From the NCBI GenBank assembly GCA_003160755.1, contig QEXZ01000001.1, forward strand, positions 1 to 43,019: 43,019 nt of DNA, given 5' to 3'. The position numbers were made by a program, and so were the translations under genes. Below are positions 16,378-30,925 of the stretch, piece by piece; position 1 is the first letter of the stretch, and each line of letters starts with the position of its first letter. The notes under the pieces are model-generated. The model did not search any database. It worked only from the letters and a program-made list of their open reading frames with translations, and was not told the DNA's origin. This DNA comes from Methanomicrobiales archaeon. Its GTDB lineage: Archaea; Halobacteriota; Syntropharchaeia; Alkanophagales; Methanospirareceae.

Positions 16378-17049
16378 TTACCTGAATCCATACCGCCCCA
16401 CGAGAGGCACGAAAACCACATCGCATTTCTTCTCCTGCTCTATTCCCTTTTCCTTTTTCTTCACAAGATATAACTCCTGCAGGTATCTTCCGATGGGTAT
16501 GATCATTTTTCCGCCTACTTTTAACTGCTCAAGCAGCGGTGGCGGAACGGCAGGCGCAGCACAGGTCACGCTTATTTTGTCGTATGGTGCATGTTCAGGC
16601 AGCCCAAGTGTTCCGTCACCCTGCACCACGGTCACGTGCTTATACCCTGCACGTTTCAGATTCTCTCTCGAAAAATCCACCAACCACTGTATCCTTTCCA
16701 CGGAATATACGCGCCCTGTTTCTCCTATTAGCTCTGCAATGACTGCAGCATGGTAACCTGAACCAGTACCAATTTCAAGTACTTTTTCGCCCTTCTTCAG
16801 CTCTAAGTAATCGCACATCATTGCAACCATGTGTGGTGCGCTTATCGTTTGGCCCTCACCAATAGGCAATGGATAATCGCTGTATGCCTGCTCCATAACA
16901 CTAGGTGGGACAAAAAGATGCCTTTTAACGCGCATCATTGCTTCCGACACATCCTCACCAAGACGATGCACACGGCTAAGCTGGAGCCCCTTTACCATCC
17001 TTCTCCGCTCGTCCTCACGTACTCTTTCCTCTTTATCTGCACTCATCAT
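16378..17049 (-). CDS. pcm: Protein-L-isoaspartate O-methyltransferase
   Basis: [34 protein letters not shown]. Start set at the MM pair (17049/17046) rather than the longer track ORF, which overlaps the upstream gene. Confidence 0.88.
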   Translation of the reverse strand: MMSADKEERVREDERRRMVKGLQLSRVHRLGEDVSEAMMRVKRHLFVPPSVMEQAYSDYPLPIGEGQTISAPHMVAMMCDYLELKKGEKVLEIGTGSGYHAAVIAELIGETGRVYSVERIQWLVDFSRENLKRAGYKHVTVVQGDGTLGLPEHAPYDKISVTCAAPAVPPPLLEQLKVGGKMIIPIGRYLQELYLVKKKEKGIEQEKKCDVVFVPLVGRYGFR

Positions 17050-17584
17050 CGGCGAAAAAATCCCTCTCCTCTGCCCTTCGCTTCTTCTCCAGGAACGAGT
17101 AAACAGCGCTATGCGGTGAACCATTTATCAGCATTTCTATTGCATCATGCGCAGCCATTGCCTGATGTGGATAGCCTATTATGCCGATACTCTTTCCATA
17201 AACGGAGATTTTAACACCTGTAATGTCCTCTATCACCCTTCTTGTTCTTCCATTTCGACCTATTACACGTCCCTTTATCCTCTTCAGTGTCTTTGGCGTG
17301 AGATGAGCGATAGAAACAACGTCGAATAAAAGAGACTCGTCATCAAGAAGTAAGAACGCATTTTCAGGTGAAAAACCCCTGCCTATCGCATTTATCACGT
17401 CTGCAACTCTGAGTACCTTCAGGGGGTCTCCGTCCTCGATACCTTCTATATACACTTCTCCTTCCGTACTATCTACTTCTATCCGGCTATCTGATTTTTT
17501 CTCTATATTCTCCTTTACGATTCCGTTATGTCCAATTAGCACGCCAATTCTATCCTGCGGAATCCTGACATACTGTGTTACCAT
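17033..17584 (-). CDS. KH-domain RNA-binding protein (Dim2/Pno1-like)
   Basis: Two KH-like repeats ([23 protein letters not shown]). Sits in the conserved archaeal aIF1A-Rio1-KH gene order. Confidence 0.8.
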   Translation of the reverse strand: MVTQYVRIPQDRIGVLIGHNGIVKENIEKKSDSRIEVDSTEGEVYIEGIEDGDPLKVLRVADVINAIGRGFSPENAFLLLDDESLLFDVVSIAHLTPKTLKRIKGRVIGRNGRTRRVIEDITGVKISVYGKSIGIIGYPHQAMAAHDAIEMLINGSPHSAVYSFLEKKRRAEERDFFADDECR

Positions 17585-17618
17585 TTTTTTTTGACCACCG
17601 ATTGCACTGATTATAAAC

Positions 17619-17748
17619 TATAGCTTCCTTCTATTTAAGACACTGATTTACACGGTTTTTTTTCTTTTTGTTGGGCAAGTGGGGTATTTTTAACGGCATT
17701 GCTCCTTTCATCCGTGTCAATCTGCATTAATCTGTGTCAATAATTTAT
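17619..17748 (+). repeat. Family-A repeat, variant core
   Basis: Same ends as the full copies (TATAGCTTCCTTCTATTTAAGACACTGATTTACACGG ... CATCCGTGTCAATCTGCATTAATCTGTGTC). The core contains AACGGCATTGCTCCTTTCATC, shared with the copy at 6426-6588. Confidence 0.8.
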
Positions 17749-17760
17749 TTTCTGTTTTCT

Positions 17761-17824
17761 TGTGTTAATCTTGTGAATTCTCGTGGTTTATTAATTAATC
17801 CGAGAAATCCGTGTAATCTGTGGT
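17761..17824. repeat. Family-A-related word cluster (AACCACRAGA / GTGTAATCTGTGG motifs)
   Basis: TGTGTTAATCTTGTGAATTCTCGTGGTTT...AAATCCGTGTAATCTGTGGTG between the family-A copy and the rio1 stop codon. Confidence 0.7.
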
Positions 17825-17838
17825 GATTGACATTCCTC

Positions 17839-18672
17839 TTACCCTTTTATCTTCTTCATTGCTTCCGCTTCTGAACACTTTAAACCTAATTTATTGAAGA
17901 ACACAACGATATTTTTCACGTCTCGCTTGAGGAAGGCATCAGCATTAGGATGCTCCAAAAGCAGGGACTGCCCCATATCTATCAATACAGGCTCTATTTT
18001 ACCCGCATTTACATCTACATTCTCATATCCTTTCATCAATATGTTGAACTCACTGAGGTCTGCATGCACCAACCTCCCGCGATTATACAGTGTCTTTATC
18101 TCAGAGATGATACGCCAAAAGAGCTCTTCGAGGTCAAAATCAAGCTCAAGCACTTCTACAGGAATGTCCTTCAATCTCGGTGCTGCTATCTCTTCTTTTC
18201 CTATAAACTCCATTATCAATACGTTTTTATCATACGCAATCGGCTCGGGAACGCTGACCCCGGCATCAAAAGCTCTTTTTAGATTCTTATACTCTTTTCG
18301 TGCCCATGCAAATACGATGCTTCTGCGGTCCCTCTTTATGTTCTCAAACCTGGGGTCGCCGATAATATAGTCGAGCATAACATGGAAATTAGAGGTGCTT
18401 ATTTTGTATATCTTTATCGCCAATTCCTCCTCTTCTGCTCCTATCGCATGAAATATGACGGCTTCCTTACCTCTACTTACAGGACCGCCCAATGCTTTTA
18501 TTATTCCCCGTTTTGAGAATTTATACAGCGTTTCCAAAGTTGGGATGTCAAGGACGTATAGCTCAGTTTTTCTATCGCGATAATCCTTTTTCCTCTTTTT
18601 ACCTTTGGGTAATGGCTTCTCCTCTCTTTTCAGCCATTTCTCTACTTCAAATAACCCTTCTTTCTTAACCAT
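17839..18672 (-). CDS. rio1: RIO1-type serine/threonine protein kinase
   Basis: [10 protein letters not shown] (STGKEA-like), [12 protein letters not shown] catalytic loop, IDMGQS. Confidence 0.9.
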   Translation of the reverse strand: MVKKEGLFEVEKWLKREEKPLPKGKKRKKDYRDRKTELYVLDIPTLETLYKFSKRGIIKALGGPVSRGKEAVIFHAIGAEEEELAIKIYKISTSNFHVMLDYIIGDPRFENIKRDRRSIVFAWARKEYKNLKRAFDAGVSVPEPIAYDKNVLIMEFIGKEEIAAPRLKDIPVEVLELDFDLEELFWRIISEIKTLYNRGRLVHADLSEFNILMKGYENVDVNAGKIEPVLIDMGQSLLLEHPNADAFLKRDVKNIVVFFNKLGLKCSEAEAMKKIKG

Positions 18673-18974
18673 TCCGCCTGTGGTCTTTTATACCGATAAA
18701 TGAGCTCTGCCTTTTCATCTTGAAAGTCCCAAGGAACTATTATTACTACATCACCGACCTTTACCCATTGTCTCCGCTTTAATCTTCCCGGTATTCGCGC
18801 CATTCTTTCGATTCCATCCATACATTGCACTGTCACTCTTCTCCCGCCTAACATCTTCTCGACTATGGCTAACACTTCTCGCTTCCCTTTTTTGGGAGTA
18901 CGCACACGTATTACCTCTTCTGTTCCTTTTATCTCAACCAATTTTTCGTCCTCGCTATCAGAATCAGAACACAC
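18642..18974 (-). CDS. eif1a: Translation initiation factor aIF-1A
   Basis: [61 protein letters not shown]1-like OB fold. GTG start at 18974 with GGAG upstream. Confidence 0.9.
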   Translation of the reverse strand: MCSDSDSEDEKLVEIKGTEEVIRVRTPKKGKREVLAIVEKMLGGRRVTVQCMDGIERMARIPGRLKRRQWVKVGDVVIIVPWDFQDEKAELIYRYKRPQAEWLRKKGYLK

Positions 18975-19010
18975 CGCAATTGTCTCCTGCTTCTGTTCTT
19001 GTATATAAAC

Positions 19011-19074
19011 TATAACTTCCTTCTACTTAAGGCACTGATTTACGCGGATTTACGCGGATTTATTTAAGTTAAAG
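19011..19074 (+). repeat. Family-A repeat, left half only
   Basis: TATAACTTCCTTCTACTTAAGGCACTGATTTACGCGGATTTACGCGGATTTATTTAAGTTAAAG. The right arm is absent. Confidence 0.75.
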
Positions 19075-19140
19075 ATATTTTGTATGAACGAGTAAACATA
19101 TTAAATTTAAGTGTATAAGCGCATATTTTGGAGTAAAGCG

Positions 19141-19863
19141 ATGAAGCCGAAGAAAAGAGGGAAAGGGATTTTATTAAGGTTAGTAATGGCTTTCTTTTTC
19201 AGGAGGAAAACGCCGAAAATCGGCATTTATGGACCGCCAAATGCCGGGAAAACTACTTTAGCGAATAGAATAATCCATACTTTTATGGATGAGAACGAGG
19301 ATATAGGTTCAACTTCGGATGTACCACACGAAACGAGAAGAGCGGTCAGGAGAAGTGGCATAATGGTAGACCTGAAATCGAAATCGGTGCAAAGTCCCGA
19401 TCCAAATCACGGTTCAGACCCGGAGTCAAAGGTAAAAGGAAGAAAAGAACGAGCAAAAGGGAAGTTGAAGCTGGATGTGGTAGATACACCGGGATTAGCG
19501 ACAAAAATAGATTTTCACGACTTTATGGCTTATGGATTGGAAGAGGAAGAGGCGAAAAAGAGGGCGAAGGAGGCGACTGAAGGTGTTATAGAGGCGATAA
19601 AGTGGCTCGACGATATTGACGGCGTTGTGCTCCTGATGGACGCTACGGAAGACCCATATACGCAAACTAACGTGATAATCATCGGTAATATGGAAGCACG
19701 AGGCACGCCCATTATTATCGCGGCAAATAAAGTGGACTTAGCAGATGCCGCTCCCGAAAGGATAATGAATGCTTTTCCTCAGCACCTCGTCATTCCTATT
19801 TCTGCACTGAAAGGAGAGAACATGGAGAAGTTGTATGAGGAAATGGCAAGGAGGTTCGGGTAA
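19141..19863 (+). CDS. Small GTP-binding protein (P-loop GTPase)
   Basis: G1 GPPNAGKTT, G3 DTPG, G4 NKVD, G5 SAL. A charged insertion sits between G2 and G3. ATG at 19141 preferred over the GTG at 19111. Confidence 0.8.
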   Translation: MKPKKRGKGILLRLVMAFFFRRKTPKIGIYGPPNAGKTTLANRIIHTFMDENEDIGSTSDVPHETRRAVRRSGIMVDLKSKSVQSPDPNHGSDPESKVKGRKERAKGKLKLDVVDTPGLATKIDFHDFMAYGLEEEEAKKRAKEATEGVIEAIKWLDDIDGVVLLMDATEDPYTQTNVIIIGNMEARGTPIIIAANKVDLADAAPERIMNAFPQHLVIPISALKGENMEKLYEEMARRFG

Positions 19864-19865
19864 AA

Positions 19866-20197
19866 TGGAAGTAAAGATGGACCTGGTCTCGGAAGATAAA
19901 ATAAATTCAATGGGGTCAATGGAGAAGCTGAGATTTGTGTTAGATGGCGTGAAATCCGGGAATATAGTGGTGCTGGAAGGTGGTCTGACGTCAGAGGAGC
20001 AGATGAAGTTGATAGAGCTCACAATGGCGGAAGTAAACGACGACTTCCCGGGAATAGAGATGAATGGGTATCCAACCAAAAGGGGGTTTTTAAATCTGCG
20101 AAGAAAGACACGGCTTACCGTAATAGGACCCGCAAATACGATGCGCACGATAAAGAAAGAGAATGATTTGATAAGTGCGATCATTTCGGCAACATAA
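19866..20197 (+). CDS. Conserved archaeal protein, DUF2073-like
   Basis: MGSMEKLRFVLDGVKSGNIVVLEGGLTSEEQMKLIELTMAEVNDDFPGIE. Starts 2 nt after the GTPase stop. Family name from memory. Confidence 0.6.
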
Positions 20198-20198
20198 A

Positions 20199-20540
20199 AT
20201 GCATAAATGTTTGAAATGCGGAAAGACATTTGAAAAGCTAACGAAAGAGATGTTGCGGGGCTGCCCTGAGTGTGGCGGGACTCTTTTTCTGTATCTAAAA
20301 GAAGGCGAGGAGATAACCGCAGCCGAGTTGGTGGACAGGATAAAAATAGAGGGGAAACTGCCATCCTCGGAAGAAGAGGAGAAAATAGAGAGCTTAAGGA
20401 TTTTGAGCCCGGGCGTGTATGAGCTCAATTTAGATGCGTTATTAGAGAGAAAAGAGATAGTAATGGGGATAAAAGAGAATGGTTCTTACGCAATCCATTT
20501 GCCTTCTCTGTTTGCGAAACGGAATACGAAGCGTAGATGA
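20199..20540 (+). CDS. Zn-ribbon protein, DUF2072-like
   Basis: MHKCLKCGKTF....GCPECGG zinc ribbon at the N-terminus. ATG lies 1 nt after the stop of the preceding gene. Confidence 0.6.
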   Translation: MHKCLKCGKTFEKLTKEMLRGCPECGGTLFLYLKEGEEITAAELVDRIKIEGKLPSSEEEEKIESLRILSPGVYELNLDALLERKEIVMGIKENGSYAIHLPSLFAKRNTKRR

Positions 20541-20571
20541 GGATTGAAATAAAGTCATTCCGAAAATAATT

Positions 20572-20864
20572 AACCACAAGATTACACAGATTTCCACGAG
20601 AAAACAGGGGCAGGGGCTATGCCGGTAGTTGTGATAAATGAGGAAAAGGAAAAGACGCACAAAACCTGGTACATAACGCTTTATGAGTAGCTATTTGGAG
20701 GGAAGCATCAAAAATAAAAAGGCGAAAAGCTCTTATATACCTATGTCATACCTGTAATCAATAGTGTGGTTTAGGTCATTGGCACTCGTGCTTAAGTACA
20801 GGCTCCGTACTTAAGTACTGGGTATAGTGACTATAATCTGTGCTAATCTGTGTAATCTGTGGTT
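20572..20864. mobile_element. Candidate MITE-like element bounded by ~20-bp inverted repeats
   Basis: The left end AACCACAAGATTACACAGATT (20572-) and the reverse complement of the right end AACCACAGATTACACAGATT (-20864) match 19/20 with one indel. The interior holds no long ORF but has a 9-bp-stem hairpin CTTAAGTAC-N7-GTACTTAAG (20791-20815). Confidence 0.4.
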
Positions 20865-20890
20865 ATAATTTTCGTCGAGGCTCACGAATT

Positions 20891-21454
20891 TTACCTCGCT
20901 GCCCTTGCCATCCGTTCTTTCTCCTCCTTTTTGCTTATCGAATGGCATTTCTTGTTTTTTGCCGCATTTATTATCTCATCCGCAAGGCATTGCTCTATAC
21001 TTCGCCGGGTCTTAAATGCGCATTTCTCTGACCCATGCGCGATGAACAGCAGTGCCAGGTCTACTTTTCTTTGCGAGGTTACATCCACGGGCTTTGGAAC
21101 CATTATACCGCCAAATCGCAGTCTGATTGTCTCTTCCCTCGGACCCGCGTTTTGAATTGCATGCACAAGCAACTGAACAGGATTCTCCTTTGTGCGTTCA
21201 TAAATCAACTCAAAAGCATTCTTGACAATTTTGTATGCTTTTAGTTTCTTTCCCGTGTTCCTTTCCGTTCGCATTAATTTGTTAATTAGCCGCTCAACCA
21301 CGCAAACTTTTGCTTGCTCAAACTGCTGTTTTGCATGTCTGCCCCCACTATGCAGCATAGATACCGGCTGGAGACTGACGTGCCTTTCCACGCCTATATC
21401 CTGTATTTCCACTTCCGAAATGTCCCATCTATCAAATATTTTATCTAATGCCAT
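20891..21454 (-). CDS. rps7: 30S ribosomal protein S7 (uS7)
   Basis: Typical archaeal uS7 sequence (LINKLMR...GKK, FGGIMVPKPVDV..QRKVDLAL). Follows rps12. Confidence 0.93.
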   Translation of the reverse strand: MALDKIFDRWDISEVEIQDIGVERHVSLQPVSMLHSGGRHAKQQFEQAKVCVVERLINKLMRTERNTGKKLKAYKIVKNAFELIYERTKENPVQLLVHAIQNAGPREETIRLRFGGIMVPKPVDVTSQRKVDLALLFIAHGSEKCAFKTRRSIEQCLADEIINAAKNKKCHSISKKEEKERMARAAR

Positions 21455-21471
21455 TTCCACCCACACACCAT

Positions 21472-21900
21472 CTACCTGAGAACTTTCTCCTTCTTTCCAC
21501 TTATTAATTGATCTAATGCGATGTCCGTTACCGCCACCACCTTGAACCTTACACCTGAGAGGTCTCCATACGACCTCCCTTTTCTTCCTCCCATTCCCAC
21601 TATCAATACCTCGTCATGCTCGTCTATAAACTTTATTGCACCATCTCCGGGGCAAAAAGCGGTAACCTGCTTGCCATTTTTGATTAACTGAACACGAACG
21701 CATTTGCGTATTGCGGAATTCGGCTGTTTCGCTTCTATCCCTACCTTCTCCAGGACAATAGCCCGTGCCATGTGCGCCCCCTCCATAGGGTCAGCTTTCT
21801 TAGCCGATTTCAATGCTCTTCGAACAAAGCTAGGATTCTTCCACCTGGACTTCCTTTTGCTCTCCTTCACCTTCCTTGCTGCGCATAGTCCTCTTCCCAT
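21472..21900 (-). CDS. rps12: 30S ribosomal protein S12 (uS12)
   Basis: [30 protein letters not shown], 142 aa. Confidence 0.95.
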   Translation of the reverse strand: MGRGLCAARKVKESKRKSRWKNPSFVRRALKSAKKADPMEGAHMARAIVLEKVGIEAKQPNSAIRKCVRVQLIKNGKQVTAFCPGDGAIKFIDEHDEVLIVGMGGRKGRSYGDLSGVRFKVVAVTDIALDQLISGKKEKVLR

Positions 21901-21988
21901 CTTATATCTTACCTCAGTTTGTACAGGTTTGATGTTTTAGGTTGGGGGTTTGAGCCACCTGACCACTCACACCTCACACCTCTCTACA

Positions 21989-22417
21989 CTATACTATTAT
22001 CACGTTATCTATATCTTGATTTCTTTTTACTAATACCTTTACCTTCTTTATCTTCTCGCCGTTCCTTCCTATTGCAATGCCCTTGTCTTTATTGAAAACC
22101 TGCACGTATGCACATCTTTGCCCATTTCTGGTCAACAGCTCTACGCTCTTCACATAAGCAGGGCGAAGCAGGTTTTCTATGAATTCCTTTACATCTGCGG
22201 AGTGCTCCACAAGCTCTATCTCCTTTCTTAACAGCTTTTTTACCTTGGTTACATTCGAGCCGCCCTTACCTATCGCTAAGCTCATGTCCCCATTTTTTAT
22301 CACCAGTGTCACCTTGTTCTCTTCGTTATTCACCAGGCAATCCTTAACTCCTGCTCCTGTAAGACGCTCAAATACTCCGATACACCCTATTCCCTCAGTA
22401 TCTAACTTCACGGTCAC
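21989..22417 (-). CDS. nusA: Archaeal NusA-like transcription factor (two KH domains)
   Basis: 142 aa, GKGGSNV and GRNGEKI KH motifs, in the canonical position between rpl30e and rps12. Confidence 0.88.
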   Translation of the reverse strand: MTVKLDTEGIGCIGVFERLTGAGVKDCLVNNEENKVTLVIKNGDMSLAIGKGGSNVTKVKKLLRKEIELVEHSADVKEFIENLLRPAYVKSVELLTRNGQRCAYVQVFNKDKGIAIGRNGEKIKKVKVLVKRNQDIDNVIIV

Positions 22418-22423
22418 TTTCCA

Positions 22424-22780
22424 TCACCTTTTTTTTTCTTTTTCAATATGCCGTAATATGTCCGATTTCCCTGTATCAAGAATGCATAAAGAAGCTATCG
22501 AATAAGGTTTACCACATGCAAGCCCAAGTTCAAGGCTATTAACGGGATATTCATAAAAAGGGACATTTCCTTTTTTCTGCTTAGTTACCTCTTTGAATCC
22601 CTCTTTTATCTTTTCCGGGCAGTTAGAAGCGTAAATGACCACCTTTACTTCTTTTTCTTTCCCCCTCAGCGCTTTTAATGTCTCATTTGTGCCTATCAAT
22701 ACTTTACCGCTTTTTAGCACTTTTTGTAATTCTCTGTTCGTATCGGAAATTTCAACTGACTTGGTTTTTATCTCTGCCAT
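22424..22780 (-). CDS. rpl30e: 50S ribosomal protein L30e (eL30)
   Basis: LKSGKVLIGTNETLKAL....KVVIYASNCP pattern, positioned after rpoA2. Confidence 0.88.
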   Translation of the reverse strand: MAEIKTKSVEISDTNRELQKVLKSGKVLIGTNETLKALRGKEKEVKVVIYASNCPEKIKEGFKEVTKQKKGNVPFYEYPVNSLELGLACGKPYSIASLCILDTGKSDILRHIEKEKKR

Positions 22781-22791
22781 TTTATCCGCTT

Positions 22792-27215
<4,424 letters not shown>

Positions 27216-27221
27216 TTTCGT

Positions 27222-30200
27222 TCACACCGTCTCCTCTAATTCCAGTCTCGGTGCGATACACAGCACTTTCAGCTCATCCAGCAGAAGCTTGAATGCATAA
27301 CTCATCTCCACAGGGTATATATCGGTGTCCGCACCACAGTTTGGACAATATACGGACCCTGTTTTCTGGTCCTTCGATGCAATCATGCCACAATGTCCAC
27401 AGACCAGTTCAACAACGCGGTCAGATTCATCCAATAATCGGTCCTTCAGCGAAATCGCAGCTCCATAGCCTATCAGTACGTCCCTTTCCATCTCGCCGAA
27501 ACGAAGCCCGCCTTCTCTTGCTTTCCCCTCTGTAGGTTGCCTTGTTAATATCTGCACGGGGCCCCTTGCACGTGCATGCATCTTTGCCGATACCAGGTGG
27601 TATAGCTTTTGATAATACACAACGCCAATAAAGACATCGGCTTTTATTTTCTCACCGGTTGTTCCATTGTACATCACTTCCGTACCCGCAGATGAAAACC
27701 CAGCACGCTTAAGCGCATTTCTTAAGTCTTCCTCGGGCTCACCAGTAAAAGCGGTTCCATCTATGGCTCTCCCTTCTAACGCGCCCACTTTCCCGCCCAT
27801 CATCTCCAGCACGTGCCCCACCGTCATCCTCGATGGAATAGCATGAGGGTTTAGAATCATATCAGGAATGATTCCTCCTTCTGTAAATGGCATATCCTCC
27901 GGCGGCACAATTAGGCCTATCACGCCCTTCTGACCGTGTCGGGATGCGAATTTATCACCTACCTCCGGTATCTTCTGGTCTCGAACACTGAGTTTAGATA
28001 AACGTCTGCTGCTGCTCGATTCCATAAGCACAACCGAATCTACTGTCCCCTGCTCGTTAGAGCGAGTACAAATGGAAGTATCTCTTCTTTCTAAAGGACT
28101 TAGAAGTTCCGTGCTTTCCTCTAAAAACCTTGGTGGGCTTGTCTTCCCTATTAATACATCGTTTGGTGCCACTTCCGTTTCCGAATTTATTATCCCATCC
28201 TCGTCAAGCTGGCTATACGCTTCATGGCTCCTCACGCCTCCAATCTCCATATCCGGTATCTCAAATCTATCCACCTCCCCACCGGGATACCGTCTCTCTT
28301 CACCTTCATAGCATCTGAAGAAATGGCTTCTTCCCAATCCGCGGTTTATTGCAGCGCGGTTAAAAATCAATGCATCTTCCATATTATACCCGGCATAGCT
28401 TAAAACAGCAACGACAAAATTCTGCCCCGCCGGTCTTTTATCATGAGAAATAAGATCTGCAGTCCTTGTTTTTACTATCGGATTCTGCGGAGACTGCAAA
28501 AGATGTACCCGGGTATCAGCACGTGGTTTATAGTTTGCCGTTGACAGCCCTAAAGATTGCTTCAACATCGCACAGCCCATTGTATTACGCGGTGACGAAT
28601 TATGGTCAGGATACGGAATTAACCCTGCAACAATGCCCAAAATCAAAGATGGGTCTATTTCCAGATGCGTATACGTGTACTCATCCCCTCCATTTGCTTT
28701 TGTTAAATCCTCTTCGTTTAGTGCTATCAGTGCATTCTCCTCCTCTTCTGCGTCTAAATACTCGATTACACCTGCCTTTACCAGTCCATCGAAGTCCATA
28801 TCGCCTTTTCTTAGTTTCTCGATGTGCGATTCTGTAAGCAGAGGAATTCCGTTGTTTATTATTATAACTGGTCTTCTCGCCCTCCCCCTATCAGAATTTA
28901 TCATTATGTCTTTTCTATCCCTATAATAGGCGACATTCACCTGAGATGATAGTTCACCCTTTCTTCTCTTTTTTCTCACTGCCTCCACGAATGTATCAGG
29001 CTCGGTTGAGAATCCAACGAAATCGCCATTCACGAACACACGAGCTCGGTTTTCAGCACTTATTTGTAAAGAGCGAGCAGGGGGGATAACACCGAGTTCA
29101 AATAACGTATTTTTGAAGTTCTCGTGATCTTCTCCTACGGATAATTCAACCATCTGCGAGAAATTCTTCACCAAACCGCAATTGGGACCTTCCGGCGTCT
29201 CAGTTGGACAGATTTTCCCCCATTGAGTGGGATGCAAATCACGCGCTTCAAAGTGCGGCTGCGCCCTTGTTAGGGGAGAAATTATCCGTCTCAGATGGCT
29301 CAACGTAGCTATGTAATTGCTCCTTTCCAGCAATTGAGAAACACCTCCTCTGCCACCTACCCAATTCCCGGTTGACAATGCATGCCGTATTCGCTCAGTG
29401 AGCACATCCGTCCGAATAGCAGTGCTGATTTTTAATTCGCGGTTTCGCATATTCGCACGTTCCAGTTGATACCGCATATCGCGTACCAACCTTGTGAACG
29501 AGACCCTGAAGAGGTCCTCCATCAGGTCGCCTGCGAGTTTCAGTCGTTTATTTGCATAATGGTCTTTATCATCTTCGTCCCTCCTGCCCAGAGAAAGTTC
29601 ATAACATGATTCTGCCATTCTTCCTATGAAATGCGCCTTCGCTATCCACGTGTCAAGGTGAGGGAGGAAATAACGGTCGAAGATATAATTAATGCGCCTC
29701 TCTCGGTACTCCTTTGCCTGCGTGGATGCGACTTTACGACCCAGCTTATCTATTGCTTCCTCTTTTGTATGTATCTCGCTCTCTTCTATGTTATCGTCAC
29801 GGATGTATTTACGTATTTGTGGGTCATCGGAGACGGCTCTTAATATCTCCTCCTCACTTTCGAGTCCCAACGCTCGCATAAGCATAACGAACTCTATTTT
29901 CCGACCGACAGCGGGAAAAGAGACCTCAAGCGTGCCTTTTTTACTTATCTCCACACGTGTGGGCACACGGAATCCCTGTTTAAGAGAAAACACCTTAGAA
30001 ACGGCGTTTTTAATCCCGTATTTCTCCTCGAAATTCACAAATATCCGGTTTGGCGCGAGGTCTTCCAGCGTGATTATTACGTGCTCGGAACCATTCAGGA
30101 TGAAATAGCCTCCAGGGTCAAGAGGGTCTTCGCCGTTATCAATCAACTCCTGCTCGGAAAGCCCGTAAAGGTTGCATCTTTTTGATTTCAGCATAATTGG

Positions 30201-30617
30201 TAAGCTGCCAATTTCAATTTTTTCCTCCTCGCCTTCTGCTTCTATCTCTGTTTCCGCTGCTGTCCCTGCCTCTGCCTCTGTTTCACGGCTTTCGTATTTC
30301 TTTACCAACTGCATTCCCAGATATATGGGGGCGGAATAGTGTAAATTCCTTAATCTCGCCTGTGCAGGGAAAATTGATTCATAAGAACCATCTGCTTCGC
30401 TTGTCTTTGGCTTGCCCACCGTTATTTTACCGAGCCTTACACCCATTTTATACCTTCCTTTTTCATCTTCACCCGATATGGAAGTTTCTACATACGGCTG
30501 CTCATCTATTATTTTTTGCATGCCGTGCTCGAGGAAATAATTAAAAGAATCGAGCTGATGCTGTGCTATTTTCCCACCCTTTAAGTATGCTTTTGAAATA
30601 ACGCTACGGTCTATCAT
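27222..30617 (-). CDS. rpoB: DNA-directed RNA polymerase subunit B (unsplit)
   Basis: 1131-aa single ORF with GQKG, a C-terminal CxxC...CxxC zinc ribbon and the ...[12 protein letters not shown] end. No internal stop or gap at the position where B''/B' are split in many euryarchaea. Confidence 0.95.
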   Translation of the reverse strand: MIDRSVISKAYLKGGKIAQHQLDSFNYFLEHGMQKIIDEQPYVETSISGEDEKGRYKMGVRLGKITVGKPKTSEADGSYESIFPAQARLRNLHYSAPIYLGMQLVKKYESRETEAEAGTAAETEIEAEGEEEKIEIGSLPIMLKSKRCNLYGLSEQELIDNGEDPLDPGGYFILNGSEHVIITLEDLAPNRIFVNFEEKYGIKNAVSKVFSLKQGFRVPTRVEISKKGTLEVSFPAVGRKIEFVMLMRALGLESEEEILRAVSDDPQIRKYIRDDNIEESEIHTKEEAIDKLGRKVASTQAKEYRERRINYIFDRYFLPHLDTWIAKAHFIGRMAESCYELSLGRRDEDDKDHYANKRLKLAGDLMEDLFRVSFTRLVRDMRYQLERANMRNRELKISTAIRTDVLTERIRHALSTGNWVGGRGGVSQLLERSNYIATLSHLRRIISPLTRAQPHFEARDLHPTQWGKICPTETPEGPNCGLVKNFSQMVELSVGEDHENFKNTLFELGVIPPARSLQISAENRARVFVNGDFVGFSTEPDTFVEAVRKKRRKGELSSQVNVAYYRDRKDIMINSDRGRARRPVIIINNGIPLLTESHIEKLRKGDMDFDGLVKAGVIEYLDAEEEENALIALNEEDLTKANGGDEYTYTHLEIDPSLILGIVAGLIPYPDHNSSPRNTMGCAMLKQSLGLSTANYKPRADTRVHLLQSPQNPIVKTRTADLISHDKRPAGQNFVVAVLSYAGYNMEDALIFNRAAINRGLGRSHFFRCYEGEERRYPGGEVDRFEIPDMEIGGVRSHEAYSQLDEDGIINSETEVAPNDVLIGKTSPPRFLEESTELLSPLERRDTSICTRSNEQGTVDSVVLMESSSSRRLSKLSVRDQKIPEVGDKFASRHGQKGVIGLIVPPEDMPFTEGGIIPDMILNPHAIPSRMTVGHVLEMMGGKVGALEGRAIDGTAFTGEPEEDLRNALKRAGFSSAGTEVMYNGTTGEKIKADVFIGVVYYQKLYHLVSAKMHARARGPVQILTRQPTEGKAREGGLRFGEMERDVLIGYGAAISLKDRLLDESDRVVELVCGHCGMIASKDQKTGSVYCPNCGADTDIYPVEMSYAFKLLLDELKVLCIAPRLELEETV

Positions 30618-30664
30618 ATATCTCCCATCACATCCTCTTTCCTTTCGTTTTATTTTATTCTGTT

Positions 30665-30907
30665 CTATTCGATAACCAATCGGTAAAATAATGCCGTTCC
30701 CGCTGTTCTGCTTTGCCTTTTTATTTTCACTACATCGCCCGCATCTGCTTTTATCTCCTTTATCACAGGGTCAGATAATTTTATCTTAGGCAATTGTACC
30801 CTTTTTATTTTATATTTGTCCAAGAGCTCCTTTATCTCTTCTGCCCCCATTATCTCGTGCTTGGGTACCAATTCATGTTCGAGTATAGAAATTTTTCCCT
30901 TTTTCAT
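30665..30907 (-). CDS. rpoH: DNA-directed RNA polymerase subunit H
   Basis: [17 protein letters not shown]...QLPKI...DPV...[18 protein letters not shown]. Confidence 0.92.
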   Translation of the reverse strand: MKKGKISILEHELVPKHEIMGAEEIKELLDKYKIKRVQLPKIKLSDPVIKEIKADAGDVVKIKRQSRTAGTALFYRLVIE

Positions 30908-30925
30908 TTGTTTTGAGTATACTAA

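Noticed and set aside
19738-20364. 208-aa minus-strand ORF antisense to the GTPase/DUF2073/Zn-ribbon trio
   Set aside because: It is a shadow ORF crossing three coupled genes and has no recognisable motif. The sense-strand genes have clear signatures.
20619-20687. 22-codon ORF (MPVVVINEEKEKTHKTWYITLYE*) inside the MITE-like element
   Set aside because: It is very short and no family was recognised. It could be a gene fragment, but I cannot support that from sequence alone.
27222-30617. Intein or frameshift in the large RNAP subunit genes
   Set aside because: The ORFs are continuous and no Hint/homing-endonuclease blocks were seen. The extra length is explained by the described insertions.
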